A stretch of 53,408 nt of DNA from Oligoflexales bacterium. Its GTDB lineage: Bacteria; Bdellovibrionota_B; Oligoflexia; Oligoflexales; RGVZ01. Below, piece after piece: positions 27,719 through 38,900 of this stretch. A program made the translations under genes and the position numbers. Where the stretch lies: positions 1 through 53,408 of the forward strand of contig JBIIGV010000005.1 of the NCBI GenBank assembly GCA_044236265.1, in the 5' to 3' direction. A model generated the notes under the pieces. It was given only the letters and a program-made list of their open reading frames with translations, was not told the DNA's origin and ran no database searches. Positions within the stretch are counted from its first letter, which is position 1. The number at the start of each line of letters is the position of its first letter.

Positions 27719-29281
27719 CTATTTTTTGGGACTTTTGACCCACTTGGCGCGACTGATATCAGGATCTTTACCCGGGTCTCCGACTACCACAACGCCCGAT
27801 GCTTCTCGCGCCAAGAGGTAATTGGAACCAAACTGTCCCACCGCCACTATATTGTAATCGGAGAGTGGCAGTTTATCAATATTGGCAATGATTGCTTGTT
27901 GTTGCGGCGTGACCCATTCGGCATCAGCCATAGCCGATAACTGTTTTAAAGGTCCCTTTAACTTAGGCGGCATTGCAAAAAACTCTTCATACGCACCTAG
28001 CAAGGATTTAGCCCAGGACGCAGCTCCCTTGTTTGTTTCAATCCGAGCAAAAACCAAATCATAGGACGACGCTTCTGGTTGCTCCCCTTCCGACTCTAGT
28101 ACGATGACGCTGTCAATTCTGTAGTTGGACTTTAGTCTTTCGGCAAAACGCTCTAGTACCGGTGTGATGTCGTTGTCATCAGGCGCAAAGATCTTGATCG
28201 GTTTTGTAAGCGGCTTTGTCTCATCAGGCTTGGTGGGATCAGCAGTCAAGCCAATAGCTCGCCTAGCCTCGAGTACCGATTCAACATTTAGGTTGGGCCA
28301 TTGTCGGACCACTGGAACGCCTGCAGCATCGACAAATGACAGAGGAATCAGGCGGTACATAGGGGCGAGGTAACTGGAGCCTGGAACCACAGACGCCAGT
28401 TCACCGCGATTGATAGCATGGTGCACAAAGGCTGTCTTCGCCCCCGAAAACGAACCTTTCGGAGAAATAAAAATATACCAAGCCGCAGTCTGCATAAATG
28501 AGTGCTCACCGCTCGTATCCACTGGCTTAAGCGTGGGATCAACGGATGCGTCAACATAAGATAATTTTCCCTCAGTAAAAAGATCCTGAGCGACTCCTTT
28601 TGAGGATTGTTCGGCACGCACACGTCCATAACGAATCAAGCTCTTATCAAAGTCACGCCAATACTTGTTGCGCTTTAATCGAAGCTCCAGGTTGTCCTTG
28701 ATCACCGTAACCCAAGGGCCGTCACAAGGCCCAGAAAGCTCCCGATCCCACGACCAAGCTTGCGAAGTCTCTTTTAACGGAGAGATCCAAATGGATGAAA
28801 GGACGCGAAGGTCAAGCGACTCATTAACCTCTCCGTCGAGCTCGACTTCAAATTTTGAGGTGTCAACAGCTCGTATTTCAAGAATGCGACTGAACATTGG
28901 GCTTTTGACCGACGACTTCCGGTAGCTCCACGCTTTCACAAAATCCTCAGAAGTCAGAGCATTGCCATCACTCCACCGAGCCAAGTCTCTTAACTCAAAT
29001 TGCCAAACTCGATTATTAATCTGTTTAATTGATTTAGCGCCCAGTGGCATTGGTGCCAAGTCTTTGAGGGAGGATCCCATCATCTGCTCATGACATTGTC
29101 GGTGGGCCCACATTGCATCCGGTGATTCATCTGGGGACTGATCAGCGCTCTGGCGCCAATCTTTGATCAGGATAAATTCCCGGTTCGCAGGACTTAAAAA
29201 CCACTCCCAAACAAACCAAGCTGCCATCAAAGTTACTGCTACCAAAAAAATTACATTTTTTTGAAGATTTGAACGCACCAT
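27719..29281 (-). CDS. Divergent OppA-like (SBP family 5) solute-binding protein
   Basis: W.F.LR..ARWSDG..LT.EDF..AW, GPW, L.RN.YW, AINR.EL; N-terminal TM; no permease genes nearby. Confidence 0.72.
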   Translation of the reverse strand: MVRSNLQKNVIFLVAVTLMAAWFVWEWFLSPANREFILIKDWRQSADQSPDESPDAMWAHRQCHEQMMGSSLKDLAPMPLGAKSIKQINNRVWQFELRDLARWSDGNALTSEDFVKAWSYRKSSVKSPMFSRILEIRAVDTSKFEVELDGEVNESLDLRVLSSIWISPLKETSQAWSWDRELSGPCDGPWVTVIKDNLELRLKRNKYWRDFDKSLIRYGRVRAEQSSKGVAQDLFTEGKLSYVDASVDPTLKPVDTSGEHSFMQTAAWYIFISPKGSFSGAKTAFVHHAINRGELASVVPGSSYLAPMYRLIPLSFVDAAGVPVVRQWPNLNVESVLEARRAIGLTADPTKPDETKPLTKPIKIFAPDDNDITPVLERFAERLKSNYRIDSVIVLESEGEQPEASSYDLVFARIETNKGAASWAKSLLGAYEEFFAMPPKLKGPLKQLSAMADAEWVTPQQQAIIANIDKLPLSDYNIVAVGQFGSNYLLAREASGVVVVGDPGKDPDISRAKWVKSPKK

Positions 29282-29356
29282 GTCCTGTAAACCCTCCCTG
29301 GGCCAAGGCGTAATGATACACCTACAGAAGTTTAGCAGGATTTTAGTAAATTGGAA

Positions 29357-29911
29357 TCAAGGCGCAAAACCATCGATACTGACTAGGGTGATTTCAGCGT
29401 AAAGCTTAGCATTCGGCGGAATGTTGGGCGCGACACCGTTGGCGCCATAGGCTAAGTGAGACGGAATCCATAAAGATCTCTTTCCACCCTCTGCCATGCC
29501 GTAAAGACCATCGTTGATGCCGGTCAGGATCGAGCCATCCCCAACAGTCCCCGTCCAGGGACGCCCTTCTGCGATAGAATCAAAGACTTTTTTTCCATCC
29601 TCAAGCTGAATAACTACGTGAAATGATACCTTGCTGCCTTTTGTGACAACCCGTTCAACATCGCTCAGCTTTTCAATGTCTTTTTTTAATGTAAACTGGG
29701 TTTTCTCTTCAACGGTTAGCTGCCTATTTCCATCGACGACGTTGGACGCGAAATACCTGGTGGACGAAACAGTTGAAGGTAGGCCACTCGATGACGAATA
29801 ATCATCCCCAAGAGCAGCCGAAAGAGAGGGCCACGCAGTACACAACACGAAAGCAAACGCCTTCAGCATTACACTGAAGTTATACAAACCATCTTTTGCT
29901 GTTGTCTTCAT
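29357..29911 (-). CDS. Exported FKBP-type peptidyl-prolyl isomerase
   Basis: DGKKVFDS, G..L.GI..GL.GM.EGGKR.L.IP.HLAYG..G....IPPNA.L..EI.L; signal peptide. Confidence 0.9.
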   Translation of the reverse strand: MKTTAKDGLYNFSVMLKAFAFVLCTAWPSLSAALGDDYSSSSGLPSTVSSTRYFASNVVDGNRQLTVEEKTQFTLKKDIEKLSDVERVVTKGSKVSFHVVIQLEDGKKVFDSIAEGRPWTGTVGDGSILTGINDGLYGMAEGGKRSLWIPSHLAYGANGVAPNIPPNAKLYAEITLVSIDGFAP

Positions 29912-29938
29912 AAGTATCCCCACATTGATACGATCAGG

Positions 29939-32900
29939 TTAATCAATAGATAGCGTTTGGTTAGTATTGGTGTCATTGTAATCATTCCAACTGTCTACTG
30001 ACACAGTTGCGGATCCAGAGGCACTACCAATGTAAACTTTAATGGTGGAATTCGACCCTGGAGAATTCCTGTATAGAGCCAGATAACCATAGAAGGAGGC
30101 CGATGTATCAAGTTGCGATCCATATCTGAACACTCTGGAGGCTCCATTGCTTAATGTCGGGCTGCCAGTCTGAACACAGTTATTATAGTTTGGTGTCGAT
30201 GTAGTCCCATTACATGTTAAATTTGCATTACCGGTCAAAAACTGCCATGAAAAGCATGACGATCCGTTCCAGTTACAAATCCCAAAAAATGGATTCGCAA
30301 CATGATAGTTATGAATCTTTTCAGAACCATTTGCTTGAACGAATACTTCAACAGGAACATTTGTACCCGCTGCCACATTTGAAACTGTAATCGTCGTTTG
30401 TGAATTTGGCACCGTAGTGAGAGTGACACCTCGGATATTTAAAGTCGGCGTGACCGTTGTAACCTCAGAATCAATATAACCAGCCGCACAGGCGATGGCC
30501 TTGAAGGTCGTCGTGGCAAAAATTCTAAACGGTACAGAATACGCCGTACCCGAGCAAGTAGGCTGCGTTCCATTTGTCGTATAATAAATCGTAGCCCCAC
30601 TTGTAGACGAACTCATTGAAACAACCTGGGTCGTCGTGTAGGTACCGGTTCCCGGTGAAATAACAGGCGCGGCTACTTGAGGGATGTCGTAAACAAACGA
30701 ACCATAGGCTCCACTCGATTGGTTTCCTGCAAGGTCTAATGTGAATATGCAAACATAATATGTCCCCTCAACTATTGATGCCAATGTTTTTGAGGTCGAA
30801 TTACCGGCCAGCTGAGTACTATTTGAACTCTCATAGCTTTGCACAATTCCATTTGTACAAGTAGAAGATGTCGTCGATACGAACATGTGGATTTTTGATA
30901 CATCACCAGCAGGGGCCGACCATTGAACCGTGGGCGTGGCTGAATTAATTGTTCCGGTTGGACTTGAATAGCTAACATCCGCCGGCACAATCGTATCCTT
31001 CACCCATGTATAAGACGTTGTCGTTGTCTGTAAGTTATTCGCCACATCCCGAGCCTTCATGCAAACCGTGATATTTCCCTGAGCAAGTCCCGCAATATTG
31101 TCGGTGATGTTTGTGGTGTAATCTCTTGTGTTACCAATGCTCGAACAGCTCGCTGCTGTACCCGATACAACCTGGTAGTCATATTTTGAGGTGTCGCTTC
31201 CGCTGACGGCGATATTAAGACTTGAATTAAAGTTTGACTGTGCTGCAGGCAGACCAGAAACAAACGCGCCAGTCGGTGGGCTCGTATCACGAGTCAGATT
31301 GGTTGTGTTCTGATAAGAGACGTTGCCATAATTGTCGGTCATCCGTGCGCAAACTTTGTAGGTATTATCCACAGTCATATCAGCACGAGTGGGAACCGCA
31401 GACGATGAGTAGGACTCACCACTACAAACAACCCAAGACTGGACCATCTTGTAGAGGATCGTTGAGGTCTCGCTTGGCGTAATAGCTGAAAGCAGGGTGG
31501 TACCAGCCGCATTTTCGGTGATATTCAAGTATCCGTCCGCTGCGCCATTAAGGCCTGTCGTATCGCCAGTCCACTGGAATCCGCTTAAGATCGATGGCGC
31601 ACCTGTATCGACGACGAACGTAGTCGTCGCGCCGTAGCTAGTATTTCCTGCGGCGTCAAATACCTTAACGCAAATTCTCCAGTCAGTCGCATCGGCATTG
31701 ATTATCCCCGTGTTCATCGCTGGTATACTTCCGCTGTATCCAGTTGCTGCGGCACAGTTGTTCGACGCAACGCGAGTCGCCGTATAATTGATTGTTGCCG
31801 TGCCATCATTGACTGTGACCGCAGACGATAGAATGCCTGATGTCAGGCCACGTTCAGTTGCATTAAGACCATTTGCCGCAGCTGCAGCCAAGGTTGGCCC
31901 CGCGGTGATCAAAGGGGTATTTGTGTCTAACTTAATTGAGGTTGCGGATGCCAGCGCATAACCAACGTTCGATGCTAAGTCAATAAATCGGATACAGATC
32001 ACGTAATTCACATCACCAGCATTGAAATCCGAGCTATTCGCTTGAGGGATAGACGTGCCAAAGCTCAATGCAGAACCACAGGTAGTACCTTCTGTTATAA
32101 GCTTATAGTTGGCACCGTTCGTCAGATTTAGAGTTTCGTTACCAGAAACATTGGTTAGCATCGCCGTCGCAAGCGAGCGTTCTGATGAGTTAATGCAGTA
32201 GTCATCTGCCGGCGACTGATAACTTGCCGTGCCTAAGCCTGGATTTACAGTGTCGATCACAACAGCTGAACTGAGAAGCGCCGAAGCTCCCGCGGTTGGT
32301 GCGCCGGAGTAGTTCGCGTTGTTACCGGAACCAATGTTGTCCTTGAACGAGCCAGCCGTAGTGAACGCTGAGGTACTTGAGATGTTTAGTGTCTGACCAG
32401 CCTGATATGCAGAGTTATCACCGGAAAGTACTGTGTATGCGAATTCGATTTCCACCCCGTTACCATTGCCGGTGTTCGTGAACGTTCCCGCTGACACCGA
32501 GCCAGACCGGCTGGCTCCTTGAATGTTGTATGCGAGGTTTGCAGCCTGCGAGAGCGTCAAACTAAACGTGTTTTTGTTTGGGTTGCTTGCACTCTTAGTA
32601 AATCTAACCTTCACAGGGATAGACTGCCCAACGGAGTAGCTTCCCGCTGTCTTATTAGCGAAGACGGCCGAAATACTAGGAGCCTCTTGATCCCAGGTCA
32701 GAACAAAGCTTTGAGACCCGGAGTTGGTCGCTGTATCCGTTGCCGTCAATGTGATCGTTGGTTGACCCCAGCTGTTGGTGCAATTCGATAACGATATGGT
32801 TGGATTCAGCGCAGTTGTAGAGCTAAAGGCCACTGTACAGCTGTTACTCGGTGTCGCAGTCCATGAGTAGGAGACTACAGACCCTGAGGGAGCACTCGAG

Positions 32901-35900
32901 TCTGTGACTGTTGGCGACGTCGAATAAGTTGCATTTACGGTGGCAGCCGAAAGACCTGTGACACTTGGCGCCTGCGTATCTTTGTACCATGTGTGTGATG
33001 TAGGTGTCGCCTGAACGTTCTCAGCTTCATCAATTGCAATAACACAGAGAGTATACTGACCGTCTGCTCCAATAGCGTTGGTGATATTTGTGGTCTGCGC
33101 CGTTATGGATCCATAGGTTGGGCTTCCGCATGAGGATCCACTGACAATGGCGTGGCGGTAGCTGAGCACCAAGCTTCCTGATACTGTCACCCCTAGAGCC
33201 GTGGCCTTAGAATAGTATGAGCTACTCAGCAACACACCTGGCAACGACGACAAAGTCGCGGTAGGCGCGTTGAATTTCCAGGTGAAGTTTTTGAAGTGGG
33301 CAGTCAATGCATTGTTTGACAGGTTACCAGAGCCATCAGTTACCCGCGCTGTAATCGTGAACGCTGACGCATCACCGCGGGCGGTCATGTTCGCATCAGA
33401 TATATCGTAGTACCAACTCGTCGTTCCGGTCGCAGCAACCCATGTCTCGCTCGATACCCAAGATGATCCGTTCCAGTATTGAGTTCCCTGCTGCAATCTT
33501 ACTTCCACCAACGATACACCTGCCGTTGCATCGCTTGCGGTTCCGGTGAAGCGGGTGGACGACCCAGAGCCCATCGTTGTTGTTAGCGGACCAATATAAG
33601 TCACAGACGATGCAGGGGCGGTTATCGTCGCTGTTGGCAATGTATTGTCAATAATGAGATTATAGGAACCATTTGTCGTTGCGTTTGTGTTTGGAGAGCC
33701 TGGTGATACGCCCGTATATCCGTTTGCACGGATACAGATGTAGTTTGTACCGTTCAAACCAGCTGTAATATTCGCGGCCGTCGCAGAGGTCGTTGACATG
33801 GTGGTACTACAAGCAGTCGTCGTACCATAAGACACCGTATAGTCTCTGGCTCCGGCTGAAGCACTCCATGAAATCGACACCGTATCTTTGACCTTGCTAC
33901 CACTGCTTGGCGAAGCACCGCCGATAGCAAATGATCCGGGATTAACCGTCACGTTCTGAGTCTGGGCAGCCAACACCGCGTTACCACTTGGAGTCGATGT
34001 CGCCATCAGCGTGATCGTCGAAGTATTGGCCTGTGTATCTTTATAGTAGAAGGTATCGTTTGCAACTCCTGCTAGGAGACTGCGATTCGTAATCGCTCCT
34101 GACGAGCAGCCTGAGTCTGTATGGAACGTGCCCGCAGCACTCGACTTAGACAGGTAAACCGTCGAGGATGACGTTGGCGTTGAATTATTTTCCCACTTAT
34201 CCTGGAACTTGTAACTTAGAGTTGCGCAGGTACTGCCAGCAGAGCCAACAGCATTGATGGTCGGTGCCGATGATGTATAAGCGAATCGTTTCGCTGGACC
34301 TGGGTTGATGGTGGCGTTGATTGTAACGCTCCAGGAACCGCTGATTGCTGTGATGGTCGCCGCGTTTGATGCTACAGCAGTCCTGTTTGAGTACCACACT
34401 TGAACTGTCGATGCATTTGCCAGCATGGTCGCATTGCGATTACCTGCACTGCCAGCAAGTGAGGTCGTGTGGAATGTTCCAGTATTAACCGTGGCTCCGT
34501 TTCCACCTGCTTGGGCATTCGTACACTCGGTCTGGCTGGCATAGAATTCACCATTTCCGCCTGAAGAGGCAAATGTGATCGTGGTATTAGCCAACACCGG
34601 AGACGGGTTATCCCAGCGGTCAAGACTTTGCACCTGGATTGCCTGACAGGTCTCAGTATCTTGACTGAAGTTATTTGCAGGAGTCGGCACAATATAAACA
34701 AGTTTGTTGATTGAACCCACTGTGGTCGTCACTGTACCACTCGTATCGGCGATACAGCCAGCCGTTAGACCCGTACAGGTTGCTGTAAAGGTACCGGTTC
34801 CCGCTGTCCGCGGCTGCATTTGGGTGAAGTTACTCGATGCCGGATCAAAAATGGTATAGATGATCGAATAGAGCACCCCTGTACCAGACCAATCAACTGC
34901 AAACGTATTACCCTTATAGTTTCCATACGCATCGAACATGTGAGCAAAGAGGTTCCTGCTGTTGTCGACGCTCATGGTAAACGCAGTCCCACCAAGCTGA
35001 GCGCCAGCACTATACCCTGCAGTTGATGTGACCTTTACATAGCCATGACTAGCATTTGGCTGCGTTGTAAAATTGAGAGTTGTCGACAGAGCGGATCCCG
35101 ACAAGGTATTTGTATTGGACCCCGATACAGTTAATGTCGACACTTCCTGAGGAGACAGGGCCGTCAAATTAGAGCGGTATAGAACAAAAGGAGTACCGGA
35201 TGTGCTGTATGCACCAATACTGAAGGTACGGCTTTGTGTCGCGTAGGGAGGAGGCGACAAAACAGACGACGTCTTAGGATTGGCAATGCTGGAACTCGCA
35301 CCAGCCGTCCAGCTATAAGTCAACGTATCGCTTGGCCACGAGGTAGCAATGTTATCGAACTGATCACGCGCGGTAACCGTGACATCAAATGGCACACCGG
35401 CCTGTGGAGACGTGGTTGCCGTCGTAATCGAGTATTTGTTTGGCTTACCATGGGATACCATCGAGCTGTAGCCGCTAATCGTTTTCCTGGTTCCTAAAGG
35501 CCCGGTACCGCCGTTACCTGAAGCCGCGACCGTATAATTATCCCGAACGTCGAAAGTTAAAAATTCAACCTTCTTGAACGTGACGGTCAAATTGCTTGCA
35601 CGTCCGCCACTGAAAGTAAGGGAGCTTGCCGCCGCAGGATTCTGATTGTTTGGATACGTCGTCGTCGCACCATTTGGTGCAGCTGTATGCGTTGACCATG
35701 TATAAGATTGATTATTTAAATCAGTATCGATACCAGTTGCAATGTTGTTACCATAGTCATATGCCACGAGATTGAACGTGTCAGCCACGCCAGCCTCATT
35801 GGTAGGACTAAAGTTTTCTAATGCATAGTAGTAAACCATGTCCTTATGCGCTGAATAGTTGTGGAAGGTCTGCGTATAGTACCCAGCATGAGTGTGACCC

Positions 35901-38900
35901 TTCACTTCGTACTCAATCACATGGTTACCACTGCGGTGGAACATGTTGGACATCGTCGTACCACCAGCTTGATTGGTGTCAACTGAGAAAATTTTGTTTG
36001 TCACGAGCAAGGTCACAGGATTCTGCTCAAGGAAACCAGCATTTGTCGCTGTGCCGGAAACATACTTAGGCTCTACCGTGGATGATGACTGTCCCGATGC
36101 CTTAGGGTTGCGATACTGGTCATAGGCCTGGATGACCAAGTTGAACTTATCCGAAGCTGACGCCACCACTGACGCCGGTGTTCCACTGGTTCCCGTACAA
36201 TCTGCAGCGTTTGACACTTTGTTACAAGTGATTGAGTATTTGAGAGTCGTACCTGGCGCCACAGCCGTTGCATTGGTTGTATTTGCTGACTGCAATATTG
36301 GCGACTGGTCGTCTTTGATGTTCAAGTAAAGATTTGACTCAGCCTTCGTAAATCTCAGGGTTGCCAACGCTGTACCAGCTGCAAAAGAAAGCTTCGGACC
36401 AGCTAAGGTTGGAGCCGAGGAGTCGGGGGCTAGATGAGCCGCCGACATCGCCAAGCCCGCGCCATCAATCCATGTGAAATTAAGATTATTCAAATCCGTA
36501 TCAGCACCGACGACCGTTGCATTCGCATTATCGCGGGCAAACACCTGCACAATCACATCTTGACCCGCCACGACGTTGTTCGGTGCATTCACGACGTAGT
36601 TCTTAACGGTTTTCCGTGACGCTTCGGCGTAAATCAGCGTAGATACTGGAGCAGGCATACTGCTCTTTGATCCATCCGTCGCATACACATAGAAGCTGGT
36701 ACCACCAAAGTCTACGGCAAGATTGCTGACAGTCACACTATTTGCATTATTTAGAGAGGTTGCTAAGCAAGCAGTGTCATTGGCTGGTGCAGCGCAGGCT
36801 GGCAGTCTTGACAACGCCGTGGCACCATCACTCGCAACCAGGCTTAAGGTTAAATTCTTCGTTACAGCAATGTCGTTACCGTGTAAATCTCGAGCCCTAA
36901 CGGCAATATTGAATCGATTTCCGCCAGCACTGACCAATGTATTTGTGGACCCCAAAACCGCCCAACCTCGAGTGCTATTTGGCTGCGGTGAATTTGATAG
37001 TCCGGAACCAATGGTCGCATAGTGATCTAGCCCAAGGGCGGCCACTGTAAATCGCCTTAAACCTGATCCAGGAATACTCTTGTTTTGAATTGGATCTGAG
37101 TACGACAGAGATAGCGCATCAGCTGTCAAATAGCTTCCGACACTCTTAACTTTAGCGTAAATATTTGCACAACCGGACGCAAACTGAATATCCCGCGGCC
37201 CTAGTCCAAAGATCTTGCCTGCCGTATTAAAATCAGCGCCAGTTCCAGTAGAAAATTCAATGGCTCGACCCTCAGCGTTCGGTAGAACGACGCCAGACGA
37301 GAATGTGATTGAAAGCATGGCGTTCGGATTTGTAATCACAACGTCATCACTCGTTGTCACAGTGTTTTTGTCATCGATCACAGGATCAACAATGGTCGTT
37401 CCAGCTGCATCGGCCATACAAATCTCCACCGGGAATTCATCGCCGGCGTTGAATGCGACACTTCCTGAGGTTGGAATTGCTGATGACGAAATCTTAAACC
37501 TTGTGAGCGGTGAAACAGTAATTTTTATCGGATCACTCACACCAGTTATACCGTCTTTAACGGACTGAATTTGGAAGGTCCCCGAACGCACCGGGTACCA
37601 CGTAAAATAGTTTTCATTTTTAAACGACGTACTGATCAATCCTGTTCGCGATGCGTTGACAACCGAATAATTGTTACCGCCATTACAGTTACCAAGGTTT
37701 CCAAGTGCATCGTAGTTACAAGCATATGTGGTAATGAAGCGACCAAGGTTTGGCTCTAATGGATAGACAAAGCCCATCGTCGGATTGTAATTGAAGATGG
37801 CATCGTAATTCGCAGTCAGATAGTGCAACGATGTCTCAGCCTGTCCAGACATCACTTTTGTCGCTACAGAAGGACCCACAATAGGCGTCAGAGGAACAGC
37901 TTGACTAATCGCTTGCACGCCAGTTGTAGGGCAGTTACCAGCTGTCTGACACCAGGCTATTGACGCATCATCAATCATTTTGAAATTCAATGTTGCCGTC
38001 GCATTAGCACGCGGTAAACGAGACTTTTCAGCAGGATTGGTTTCGTTAATGATGTGAACGACTGACGACCATCTCAATGGTTTTGGAATAGATCTGCTAA
38101 TCGCAGTGGCCTCGGAATCATGAATACCGCCCGAGTCACCAATTAAAATTGGCTGAGTTCCATCCGGAGCGTTCGAAGGTGTTCCGGACCAATAAACTTT
38201 AAGCGTTCGATTCACTGGATAATAGTATCCGTCTCCGGTCAAGTTATTGTACTGATCCGCAAGACTAACGGAGAATCCAAATTCACTCATAGCTGTCAGC
38301 GTAGGATCGCCCGTACGGTTAATATTCAAATGGTGACCAGGCCCCGGAACGCCGTACATATATAGTGGCGTTGATGATGGAATCTCGGTATTAGCAATGT
38401 CGATTTGGTGAGATCCGGCCAATCGTATCGTCGGATCATTGAAAATGTTGATTGCCGCAGACCCCAAAGCACCTGGTGTACCGACTGTCAGCTGAGCAGC
38501 TGGAAGTGTTGTCGAAGAAACCGTAAATCCAGCCGTTGAACCTGGCTTAATGTAATTGTGCTCGGAGTCATGCGTATGCCAGTATACTGTCTGCTTACCG
38601 CAAAGTCCCCCAAAGCTTGAGCCCGCAATTGTTGGAAGAATACACTTGTCAGTCGTTCCGATCTCCAGCTTGTAATAATACTGATCAGAGAAAACAAAGT
38701 TCGGATTCAGCACACTGTCGTTCATAACACCATGCAAATGGTGGGCACTTCTTCTAAACGTGGTGAAATAATCTTGGTGATTGTGAGCAGTCGCGATACT
38801 ACCGATCGTTGTGTTGCCAGGACCTTTAAATTGAATCCCAGCGCCACGGGAGACAAGTTGCGGGAAAGTCTCTCCAGCGAGGACGATTTGCGGCAACTCA

